Source: Selaginella moellendorffii
Lineage: Eukaryota; Plantae; Lycopodiophyta
Direction: 5' to 3'
Length of the DNA: 64,000 nt
Assembly: GCF_000143415.4 (NCBI RefSeq)
Contig: NW_003314352.1
Coordinates: 550,278 to 614,277 of the forward strand
Shown: one piece after another, positions 24,580 to 35,180 of the stretch
Position numbering within the stretch: the first letter of the stretch is position 1
Layout of the letters: each line of letters opens with the position of its first letter
Notes under the pieces: model-generated
The model's input: only the letters and a program-made list of their open reading frames with translations
Databases searched by the model: none
Told to the model about the DNA's origin: nothing
Program-made: the position numbers and the translations under genes

Positions 24580-25099
24580 ATGTTACCTGGTGTCGAGCTT
24601 GCGCGTCGAAGGCGGACGAGCAACTATTCGTGCGTGAGCTCGGACAGATCCAGTCGCTCGACTTCCAACTTAGTGGCGACGAGGGACAAGCAGCTGCAGA
24701 AGATTGGCGTTCCCCGCTCGTCCTCCGAGGTACAAAATGTTGTTTAGAAACCGTTCTCTTGACACTCTTCCCAATCATGGAAGCCAGGCTCCGAGCATCG
24801 GAGTTGAGGTAAGTAGCCATAGCTTGTTTTTCTCTCGTTTCCTCTCACAAGCTCGATCGAATGCGCAGAATAAATCGGCATGGATCCAACATGGTTCCGA
24901 CTCCAACACCACCCAAAAAGAAATTTGGCTCCAAATTCTCTCGCACAAGGATGAGAGGCCGGATTGCCCGATTTGCCTGGAAGAAATTGGGCGGACGAGC
25001 CTGCTACTGACGTGTAGACACGGATTCCACAAGGAATGCATGGAGCCATGGATCGAGCGAAGTAAAGACTGTCCTTGTTGCCGCGCGAGTGTTGTGTGA
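24580..25099 (+). CDS. Second RING-H2 copy with exon-2 deletion (rearranged paralogue or pseudogene)
   Basis: Exon 1 and the RING exon match 22528-23168. The exon-2 acceptor and most of exon 2 are deleted, and exon 3 carries a net 10-bp deletion. Confidence 0.55.
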
Positions 25100-25458
25100 G
25101 ATATTCGATAAGGAGAGAAAAAAAAAATGGTAAAACGTCGTAGTTTAGGTCAACATGCCCTATCCCACATTGGAAGGATGAATATAAATTAAGTCCAAGG
25201 GCTAATATGTAATGTATGGTCGCGGCTTACTTACACTCGTCACGGGATATAAATTGGTTGGATGGGGGACATATTTTTTGCTGTAGTATGAATTGCTTTT
25301 TTTGATCATGTGGGAGATATTAATCATTTAAATGTATGTTGCAAGGATTTGGAGACGAGAAGCTCTAGTTGCAATTATCAGGCCGCGAGATTCATGGCGA
25401 CCAAACCGTGTTTAAAGTCTAGCAGATTATCCTAGTTTAAGATAAAACTTTTGTTAAT

Positions 25459-25532
25459 GGTTTCATGGTGTAGTTGGTTATCACGTCAGTCTAACACACT
25501 GAAGGTCTCCAGTTCGAACCTGGATGAAGCCA
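25459..25532 (+). tRNA. trnV-AAC: tRNA-Val(AAC), second copy
   Basis: It is identical to 23404-23477 except for one D-loop base (GGTTATC vs GGTCATC), and the cloverleaf is intact. Confidence 0.96.
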
Positions 25533-25823
25533 ATTAAACGTTTTAGCCCCTTAGCGGCTTTTAGGGCTGACGTGGACTCCCGGCAGTTAACTGTTAGATG
25601 AAGGATCAGTTCAATGCAGAGGGGAGAGAAGGGGAAAGGATCGTCTCTCTGTCTCCTCCGCGATCTCTTTCGATCCGTGGAGGAGTGATTGGAATTTGGA
25701 AGCGATAATGCGGAGGAGGAGGAGGAGCTCTCGATTGAATCCGGGAGCACAGTCGTCTAGATCATGATTCAGGCCAGGTCTCGCAGGCTTCTTTCACTCG
25801 TAGAGCTCAGACATCCATGATAG

Positions 25824-27198
25824 ATGCCTCCGTCTCTATGGATCGGCAGCGCCCGGCGGAGATGGGCGAGCTTTTGGAACCGGATGGTATCATGGGATCT
25901 GGATCATCACATCTTGGGCAACGATCACTTGAATCCGCCTCCGCCGCCACATATGATCATCCCCACCTCCAACAATAACCAGCACCATGTCGTCCTCAAG
26001 CACAAGTACGTTGTGGCGCTCTTTCTCTTCCTTGTTTGTGTAGACCTGGTGAGTTCTTGCGAAAGTTTAGGCCACAGTTGTTCTGATGATCGATCGATTG
26101 ATTCGGTCTTGGCAGATTGAGATTGTGGGAGTTTTGTGCTACCAGCTTTTCACGGCCAGCTATTTCCCATGGCACTTGTATCCCATGATGCTCAACCGGG
26201 CGATGGAGATAATCGCGCTCATTTGCTCGCGGGGATACATCCCATCTCTGGTAAGATTTACAAATCGCTATACGATTCATATCCATCAACGTTGAATAGC
26301 CTTTGCTTGATCTATTGATCAGTACTCTGCTGCTCAAATCTTGCTCTCGCTTCTATCCCTCGCGGTCTACGCGAAGAGGCAGCCTTGCGGGAGGTACCAC
26401 TGCGCCGTGCCCCTTGTTCTCTACAGCATCCTCTTGTCGTACGAGGTACGAGATTACCCTAATTTCAAACTTTTGAATTTATCTCCCTTCGCGGGTGTCC
26501 CAGACCTTTGTCGCGGTTATGGTGATCAAAGTCTCACGGATGCCAATGGCCAACGACGAAGGCCATATCATCGCAAACTGGCCGAGCTTTCAGGTGTCCC
26601 CGCTCTCCAATGCCATTGATCAGAGGACACAGCAGCCGGTGGTACGATTGATTCTTCCACGAATTATTTGCTCATCGATCGGGAAGAAACTATTCTGGAT
26701 TGCAGGGAATGCCGATGATAGTTTTACGAGACCGAGAGAGCGAGGGCAATGGCGTGGAGCCTTCGACCACATCGGACGGAGACAAGTTTCACAGTTTTGG
26801 AGATCCCAGAGAGGTGATTGTTGCCGTGCAGCAACCGGACGGAGAAAAGGTAAGATTTCTCACGATGTTTCTCTCGACACAAGCTCTGTTTTATTGTTTT
26901 TCTTCAGTTGGCAATTGCGAAGATCTGCGACGAGCAATTTCGTGAGCAGCCCACGCCTGCCGCCACGACTCCATCACCGCAGCCGCACGAATTCGATCGC
27001 GATCAGGCAGCCACCTCCACCGCCGACGAGGAAAACATCCAAATCTGCCACGAGCTCGCGTATGACGAGGAGCAGCTCCACCAGCTTCCCGGGATCCCTC
27101 TCTCGAGCAACAGCCTGCTCGAGATTATGAGAATGGAGGACGCGCTCCACCACCAACACCACGAAGATCGCCAAGATCTCGAATCCAGACTCTCATAG
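25824..27198 (+). CDS. Hypothetical multi-TM membrane protein, ~6 exons
   Basis: GT-AG-bounded exons join in frame. Hydrophobic helices (YVVALFLFLVCVDL|IEIVGVLCYQLF; ILLSLLSLAVY; VPLVLYSILLSYE|TFVAVMVIK) are followed by a polar tail ending at TAG 27198. Confidence 0.7.
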
Positions 27199-27391
27199 AG
27201 TCGTTTGTGACTCAACACACTGATTGTTGTGATATCCCGCATGAATTCTCTAATCTCTGTCCAGTTGATCAATCCTCTCTGCCGGTTATTTCGAAAAAAA
27301 GAGAGGGAAAAGAAACTACTCTTTTCTCCGCGAATTCGAAAACCATGTACAACTCTGCGAGTGATCAACGGCTTTGGAATCTGGATGGAGA

Positions 27392-30300
27392 TCAAACCCT
27401 TCCTCCCTCTTTGATATCCTCGAGCCTCTGGCACACATCTCTCATGCACGGCCTCCTCACTGGAACGTCTTGCGTGCAATCCAGCGCCAGCCTCAAGAAC
27501 TTGGCGAGACCATCGTGAGACCCCGCCGTCCTGGCCACGAGCGGATCAAGCAGCCGCGACAGCCGATCCCGCCGGTAACACTCCACCGCCCACTCCACCA
27601 AGTTGCTGTAACACTGATCCTCAAACTCCTCCACATTGTGATGAAGATCGCGACCACTGTCCTCCCCGGCCATGATATAGTTCCCAGCGTCGAGCATTGG
27701 CCTCCGCCCGGACAAGAGCTCCAGGAGGACGACGCCGTAGCTATACACGTCGCCCTTGACAGTAGCCCGCCACGTCTGGCAGTACTCTGGCGGGACATAC
27801 CCCAGTGTCCCGGCCACGATGGTGCTGACGTGGGTCTCCTCCTGCCCGGCCAGAGCCCTGGCCAGGCCAAAGTCCGTGACACATGGCCGGAACCCCGCAT
27901 CCAATAGGATATTACTGGCCTTCATGTCGCGGTGGATGATTGGCGGGGAGCAGCTGTGGTGCAAGAACTTGAGACCCCGTGCCGTACCAATCGCCACGTC
28001 GAGCCGGGCCAGCCAATCGAGGCCGCCCGCGCCGCCAGCGTGGCGGCGGCAGCCGTACAGCCAGTCCTCCACGCTGCCGTTGACCATGAGCTCGTACACG
28101 AGCAGCTTCTGCGCGCCGTACGAGGAATATCCCATGAGCGGGACGAGATTCTCGTGGACGATGTGGCCCAGGGTGTGCATTTCGGCCTGGAATTCCCGCT
28201 CGCCGGCTGGCCCTTCCCGGATGAGCTTCTTGATCGCCACCGTCGATCCGTCGGAAAGCCGGGCCTTGTACACCACGCCAAAGCCGCCACACCCCACGAT
28301 GTTGGAGTCGTGGAAGTTGCCCGTGGCCGCCACCAGATCCTTGTACGTGAGCTGCTTGGGGAGATCCATGGTGAAGAGCGACACGGCGTCCATGGCGGCC
28401 GAGTGATCGAAGCGCGCCGACGAGGATTTCATCATCTTGAAGCCCTGCGAATCGAGCGCCGCCGATCCTCCGCCTCCTCCTTCTCCTCCGCCGCCGCCGC
28501 CGCTGCCTCTCCGGGTCATCCAGCAGATCGCCGCCAGGCCCATGGCGATCACGCCCAGCGCGCACGCCAGGCTGATGCCCAGGATGGTGGAGGCGTGCAT
28601 TGGCGCGGGGACGCCGCGCGAGGACGACGAGCTAGGGTTCCTGGGAGATCCGTCGCAGAAGGGGATGGCGGTGCTGGGATCGCTGGTGCCGGTGAGCGCT
28701 GGGACGTAGCACAGCTGGGAATCACCGATGAAGGAGTCTTGATCGAACGTGGCGAGCTGCCCGGCGAAGGGGATCGGCCCCGCGAGGCCGGGGTTGTAGG
28801 AGACATTGAATTTGTTGAGCGAGGTGAGGCGCGTGAGCGAGTAGGGGATCTGGCCGCTCAGCCGGTTGCTGGACAGATCGAGGCTCTGGAGGCACTGGAA
28901 CTGGCCGAAGCTGTCCGGGATGGCGCCCTCGAGCGCGTTGTGCGAGAGATTCAAGCCCGTGAGCTTGAGGTTGCTGAGCGATCCCGGGATGGCGCCGCTC
29001 AATCGGTTCTGGTAGAGGAAGAGGAGGCTCAGCCGATCGATGCCGCCATAGCTCGCCGGGATGCTGCCCGAGAGGCGGTTCTCCGAGAGCTGGATGTAGC
29101 CCATGGATTTCTCGGTGGGGATGGTGGAGCACACCGAGTAGATGAACTTGCCGCGCAGGAGGAGGTTCCAGAAGAGCTGGCAGCGATCGCGATCCAGGAC
29201 CTTGTAGACGAGGCTGAATGGGGGATAGTTGCTGGGCAGCCAGCGGCGAAGAACAGCGCACTCGCCGATCTCCTTGGGGACCTGGGGGAGATTCGCGATG
29301 TTGTCATCGAAGGTCGCCTTGGCGGCCTTGCCCATGGATTCCAGCTCGGGCGGGAGCTCGCCGCCGATGGAGTTCTTGGCAGCATTGAGCCAAAGGAGGC
29401 TGGAGCAATTGCCCAGCTCGCGAGGGATCGTCCCGGAGAGCATGTTGTTGGCGAGCATGAGCCACAGCAATCGCCCCAGCTTCCCTAGCGATGGCGGGAT
29501 GGAGCCCGTGAGGCGATTCCCGGAGAGATCCAGGAACTGGAGCTGCGAGATCTCGCCCAGGCTCGGCGGGATGGATCCCGTGAGGCGATTCCCGGCCAGG
29601 AGCAAGAACTGGAGCTTCGCCAAGCTGGTGGCGTTGAATCCGCTGGGGATGACCCCGGTGATGCGGTTGTCGCTGAGATCCAGGTGGAGGAGCTGGCGAT
29701 GGCTCGTGGCGATCCACTCCGGAATCCCGCCGGTGAAGCCATTGGTGTGGAGGACCAGGAACTGGAGCTTGGCGAGCTTGGCGATGACGGCCGGGATCTC
29801 CCCCGCGAGGAGGTTCTCGTTGAGGATCAAAACCCTAAGCTCGCTGCAGTTGGCGATGGATGCCGGGAGCTCGGTGATGTTGTTCCTGCCGAGAACGAGG
29901 AAGCGCAGTGAGCGCAACAGCCCTATTTCCGGGGGGATGCGCGTGAAGTGGTTCTGCGAGAGGAAGAGGTTCTCGAGATCGGCGCTGCGGAATATCTCCC
30001 GCGGGATCTCGCCGGTGAGATTGTTGAGGGAGAGATCGATGTTGCGGAGGCTGGGGACGAAGAGGCCGCCGGGGATGGATCCGACCAGGTGATTGTTGGC
30101 GAGGTTGAGGTCCGTGAGGGATGCGAGGCTGCCGCTGGCGAGCTCTGGAGGGATCTCGCCGACGAGATTGGTGTTCTCCAGGCTCAAGACCTCCAATGCC
30201 GCGCAGCCGCCCAGGGAGCTAGGGATGGATCCGTGGAACTGGTTGCCGGAGAGATCCAGGCGCTCCAGCGCCTGGCATTGCGAGAAGAGCTCCGGGGGGA

Positions 30301-30816
30301 TTGCGCCGGTGAGATTGTTGGAGGAGATGTTGAGGAACTGGATGCCGGGCGAGAGGATTCTTGGAAGAGAGCCCGAGAGGGAATTGTTGGAGATATTTAG
30401 GGTTCTTAGCCCGCCGAGGTTGCCGATCGCGTCCGGGATGCTGCCGTTGAGGGAGTTGGCAGCCAAGATCAGGGATTCCAGGTCCGCGAGGAGGCCGATG
30501 GCATCGGGGATTGGGCCCGTGAGGCGCTGGTTGGAGAGATCGATCGAGATTACGTGCTTGGCCACGCAGCTGACTCCTTGCCACTCGCAAGGGCTTCGAT
30601 CGTCGGGTTTCCAGCTCTGGAGCGCGCTAGGGTTTGCTAGGAGGAGAGATCGCTTGAAGCGGAGCAAGATCGCCATCTCCTCCTCCAGGGAGATGGAATT
30701 TCCTGGGCAAGAATACGAGGTGTGTGAGCGAAGAAGATGCCATGGCCGGGCATTTTTTCCGTACCTTCGTGAGCCATCGCTAGGACAAGGATGGCGAGGA
30801 GGACGAGAGCCGCCAT
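27392..30816 (-). CDS. NILR1: LRR-X receptor-like kinase with island domain, NILR1/At1g74360-like
   Basis: A signal-peptide exon (ATG 30816) is joined in frame through a 62-nt intron (30764-30703) to the 1094-aa ORF. The island reads ECAVLRRWLPSNYPPFSLVYKVLDRDRCQLFWNLLLRG. A TM helix and an intact kinase follow (GCGGFG, VAIKKL, HRDMKASN, DFG). Confidence 0.9.
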
Positions 30817-33439
30817 GGGGTAAGCCACGCTCCTCGCTTTCTTTCGATTGGAATTCGCTGCTACTTGAGTTATGATCCTGTGTGATCCATTCTCTCGATT
30901 TTCCTGTTTTTGGTGTTGATCTTGTTAGTGTAGCTTGTGATGATAGTGGATCTTCGTGAGCTCTTTGGGGTGGTACTTCGCATCTTTGATGAGTGGCTGT
31001 CTGTGCTCTTCTGTTCCAGGGAGGAAGAACGAAGGGGATTGGGGGATTGGATCAAGCGAAACGCGATCTCTTCTTCCTCTCTTCGCAGTGCGTGCGTGAC
31101 GTGAGAGCGAGACAGGGACGGAAATGAAAAGAGAACGATGGGCTTCACGAGAGATGAACCGCAGCGCCAAAGAATCCCTTCTTTTGCTACCTGGACGCTC
31201 GCTCTCTCTCTCTCGCTCTCGCTCACTCGCGGTCGCGGCTCGAGAGCTCTTTCTTCCTCCACTCTGCCGGCCAAACCAGGTAATCTCGTTTTCGTCTTCC
31301 GTCTCACTTTGAATCACACCTCTCAGTCAAACTATGCTTGCGCCCGCAAGAGCTGATCAGAGAGCAAAGCTAGCTACAAGGAAACAAGCGGAAGGACGGG
31401 CCGGGGTTAGCTGAAGCTGGATAGAAACAACGGGAAAGACAAGGGACAACGAGCAAGAAGGCAAGTTCCTCTTTTTTATCTTTTCTTTTGCGTGGGCTTC
31501 TCTGTTTGTGTTTTTCCTTGCGCTTTTTATTCCTCTATTCGCTTTTGTTTGCACTCTTTGGTCTTGCGACTTTCGATTGAATTGTCCGCGCCAGTAGCAG
31601 CAGCAGTCGCTGCAGTATCAATCGACCGTCAAGCAGTTTTTACCGCCGTACTATGGCGACGACAGCTCAAGGTCTGCGCAGGCAAATGAATTGGAGAGAC
31701 GCAATCCATGAGCATCAGCAAGGGCCAAGCGAACAGATATCTTATAATGCTGGTGGTGCTTGGCGAGACTGTCTCCTCTCCTCCTAAAGCTGCAAGCCAG
31801 GTCTGTGAACTTCTTTTTTCTTCTTTTATTCTTCTATTTTTCCTCTCTCTTCTCTTTTTGTTTCTTCTTTAATATCTCTGCTGCTTGGTAGGCTCGGATC
31901 CCATGGATCGAACTTGGTAGAAGACGGGAGTTCTTTGTGGATTGCTGATTTGTTTATGCCTTTCTTTGGTGGGTGCTGCAGGATCGAGGAGTCTAAAAGA
32001 TGAAAGGAAAGGGAAAGGTATGAGAAGGGCCACATTAGCTACATGCGCGCACACGGTGGGTCAGACTGTTTCTCAGATCTTTGCATGGGGTGTTCCTTCT
32101 GTAAAGTGTTTGGTCAAACAGGGCAAGGACAGGACAAAGAAGAAATCCAAAAGTTTGAAGAGACTGGAGTAAGACGAAACCCAGAGCATTCAATGAAACA
32201 AGTTGGAATGGTGAATGGTAAAGTAGGAAACACAATAGATGAATTCCTGGTGATGTTGAAATATTCAATAAACTTCATATTTAATATTATTATTATTTAA
32301 ATTTTGATTAATAAAAATATAAACTGTAGCACATTAATCTTTCATTTGAAAATGCCATTTCATTATTTATTTGAGGAAATTTTATTAAAATTGTAAGGTT
32401 ATATTTTATTTCTCTCAAAGATTGCTCGTTAATTTAGTTTTTAGAATAATCAACATCTTACTTAGTTTTATAAAAAAAAAATTACTAAAATAATAACATT
32501 TGTTTTTATCAGTTACAACTTGGGTTGCTTTAAAAAACATTTCACTATAAATGTAAATATAATTTGAGCCACGTAAAAATATAAAGAAAACAAATATATT
32601 CTTGTTTATAAAAAAACTTATTTTACCTTTATTTGGAAACAAATTAATATAGTAAGCTATATTTACTAATACATTCACCGAAATTAAAATATAAACACCT
32701 CAAATTTTCCATTGCTTAACCTAAAAAATAATTTAAATATTAAACAAATGCATATATTCATAATAACCTATATAACTATTATTGCCAAGTCATAGATTAA
32801 CAGTATCACCCACTAAATTTCTTTTTATGATTACATTTAACTTAAATATATAAATGTCAAAAGTGTTTTACATTAAAAAAGTTTCAACACCTCCCATTGG
32901 ATTTGGAATGCAAAACATCTTGCTAGATTACTAGAAAACTCAAGCTCTTGGCAATGGCCCTTTCCATGAAAGCATGGGCCATGCTCCTTTGCATTGTTAT
33001 TTATGCTTAAAATTTGTGAAAGAGTTACAGAAATCACTTTTGCAGGTATGCCTATCCCATTCTGTGAGTATAAGAAGGGAAGAAAACCTCTTAAGGCTAG
33101 ATCTCCATAGCCATCACCTCCATCCCAACTCCCTCCAGCTGATCCCAAGATTTCAGCCCAAATGACATCATCCTTATAGCTTATCCTAAGGATGGTACCT
33201 CTTTGGATTAGTGGCGCTTAAGGGTGGGGTGTTCATTCCCAGTATCGAGCATGCAATATCACCTGAGACTTGAGTGTCCTACAGTTTTAACAACAAGTCC
33301 CAATTCAAGTAGTTCCAGTTAAAGCTTGGTTTATGACAGAGCTTCTATTGCATTATTAATATTGGAAAGAAACAAAGTGTTGCTGCATTTTTATAACCAT
33401 ACTCGCAGAAAGAATGACTGAAAGGGACAGAACACAGTG

Positions 33440-33720
33440 CCCGGGAGAGAAAAGCTGCAATCTCTTCACAAGACGTAAACTCTTGGTTTCTCTCCAGTAC
33501 CATGCTCAAAGCTCCTGCATAGAGTGGAAAGAAAGTGTTCGAAGAGATGCCTACGCACAACCTGGCGTCGTGGAAGTCGATACTAGCTGTGCAGCCGTGT
33601 AGTGTCTATCAAGCAAAGTTTCTGTTCGATGCGATGCCAGAGCAAGACGTTGTCTCCTGCAACTTATATGCTCAGCATGGCCGACTGGACGAAGCTCAGA
33701 GCGTCCCTCTTGCAGATTCA
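33440..33720 (+). pseudogene. PPR gene fragment
   Basis: VFEEMPTHNLASWKSIL, AKFLFDAMPEQDVVSCN and YAQHGRLDEAQ are short, truncated PPR motifs with no full gene around them. Confidence 0.7.
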
Positions 33721-33889
33721 CAATGTTATAGTGGTCATTATAGACAAACCATCTCGTCGAGTCAGTCAGACAGACCTGGTGGAGCGTGGGATCGTGTGGC
33801 TGCGCCCGATGAGCAGCGATTCGAGCCTTGTTCCTGGAGCGCCGAATATTTGTTATAAACAAAATTATAAAGGTAAAAACATTAAAAGA

Positions 33890-35116
33890 TCATCCTTTGA
33901 TCCTCATAACGTGAAGAGCCATCCGGGAGGTTGGAATGACAACGGGCCACTCATCCGCAATGATCTCCCTCTCGGTGTCGCTGTATGCCCGGAGCTGGAG
34001 GAGATCATGCTCGATCATCGAGTCCAGGCCAGGAACATCGGCCAGAGAGTCATACGCGATGACACCGTCGCGGGAGTCGGCCATCTTCTTCACCAAGCGA
34101 GCCCAGTCGTCTTTTTTCCACTTCGGCGGCTCTCGAACACCTACCTTACGCATCCCTTCCGGACGAAATCCCTCCATGACACGGTACGCCGCATCCATGA
34201 ACAGCCGCTTCTTCTCTCGCTCCCAGCGATCCCGGAGACGCTCGCCGGTGGCCACAGCGCGGTGTGCCAGGCGCACGATTCGGTGCAAATTGAGTATAGC
34301 GCCTCCAACGTGAGCGAACACATCATCCCACACAGCTTCGGCTTCCTTCTTGGACGATGCCGGCACGCGCTCCAGCATAAACGCCTTGGCTTCTTCTTCA
34401 GCCAGGTGGCCGACACCGAAGACGCTGACGCCGTGGCCTTGGAATGCAGCCGAGGAGAGCAGCCATCTCCTGAAGAAGCTCTCAGACGAGGCCAGCACAA
34501 TGTGCGCTCCACACTCCTGCTTGGAGATGCGCACAAGGAAGCGGAAGAGCGTCTCCAGCTGGGCTTCTCCATCGGGCAGTGAGTGCCATGCCGCTAACGC
34601 ATTCGCCTCGTCGATGAAGATGGTCGGAAACCCTTGCTTGTATGCATCCACCAAGGTGGTGGAGCACTGCTCCGGCTCCACCAGATGACGTCTCTCCAAG
34701 CAGTATGATTCCAGCCAGCGCATTGTCATGGACAATCCATCCTCACTAGCACTGCCCTTGCAGTGCTCTACGTTGCCTCCCAGGACTTCGATCCCCAGCT
34801 TTACTTTAAGCTCCATGCTATCAACCATGCTACCACGAAGGCTTGCCGCAAAGCCTGCTGGATCTACGTTGGGCTTCTCGCGCATGTCGATGTAGGAAGA
34901 GACCCCCAGAAACTCGCCATGGGCTTGCCGGCGGCGGTACTCCCTGAGCAGCGCCGTCTTACCCGAGTCTTTCGGGCCCGTCATGATCACCATCTGCCCC
35001 GGCTCCGCCAACACCTCCGGCGTCAAAAGGTCGTCAAGATCCGACAGCTCGCGCCTCCTGTTGAAGAAGCTGGCAGCCAGCAGATCCTTCTCCAAGGGAC
35101 GCACTGCTCGCGCCAT
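33890..35116 (-). CDS. Intronless P-loop NTPase, STAND/ATPase_2 (archaeal-type ATPase)-like
   Basis: The 408-aa ORF has FFNRRRELSDL (hhGR/NRxxE), Walker A GPKDSGKT, Walker B TIFIDEAN, a sensor-like IVLASS, VGHLAEEEAKAF and VGGAIL. Confidence 0.85.
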   Translation of the reverse strand: MARAVRPLEKDLLAASFFNRRRELSDLDDLLTPEVLAEPGQMVIMTGPKDSGKTALLREYRRRQAHGEFLGVSSYIDMREKPNVDPAGFAASLRGSMVDSMELKVKLGIEVLGGNVEHCKGSASEDGLSMTMRWLESYCLERRHLVEPEQCSTTLVDAYKQGFPTIFIDEANALAAWHSLPDGEAQLETLFRFLVRISKQECGAHIVLASSESFFRRWLLSSAAFQGHGVSVFGVGHLAEEEAKAFMLERVPASSKKEAEAVWDDVFAHVGGAILNLHRIVRLAHRAVATGERLRDRWEREKKRLFMDAAYRVMEGFRPEGMRKVGVREPPKWKKDDWARLVKKMADSRDGVIAYDSLADVPGLDSMIEHDLLQLRAYSDTEREIIADEWPVVIPTSRMALHVMRIKG

Positions 35117-35153
35117 CTTTAAAATGAAAGAATTTTAGGGCGCAATGGAATTC

Positions 35154-35175
35154 TAGGGTTTATGGTGTAGGGTTT
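35154..35175. promoter_or_regulatory. Two telo-boxes (TAGGGTTT) in the 64-bp divergent spacer
   Basis: TAGGGTTT, the reverse complement of AAACCCTA, occurs at 35154-35161 and 35168-35175. Confidence 0.55.
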
Positions 35176-35180
35176 ATGAA

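Larger units (their letters stand above)
22345..26870 (+). repeat. Tandem segmental duplication (copy 1 ~22345-24380; copy 2 ~24395-26870): RING gene + tRNA-Val + 5' part of a membrane-protein gene
   Basis: Near-identical blocks are 22345-23280 vs 24395-25210, the two tRNA copies, 23550-23630 vs 25675-25825, and 24020-24380 vs 26450-26860. Confidence 0.92.

Noticed and set aside
25459-25830. Dicistronic tRNA-mRNA transcript
   Set aside because: T-runs follow the tRNA (TTTT at ~25541 and ~25558), so normal Pol III termination is plausible, and nothing in the sequence indicates read-through.
30637-30828. Apparent frameshift between the signal peptide and the RLK body
   Set aside because: It is resolved by a canonical 62-nt GT-AG intron (30764-30703) that restores the frame.
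27932-30875. Long antisense or alternate-frame ORFs (27932-29488, 29229-30092, 30093-30875; likewise 13541-14383, 33602-34582, 36051-37463, 40444-41748, 51561-52571)
   Set aside because: These are shadow ORFs expected over GC3-rich genes, with no recognisable domains.
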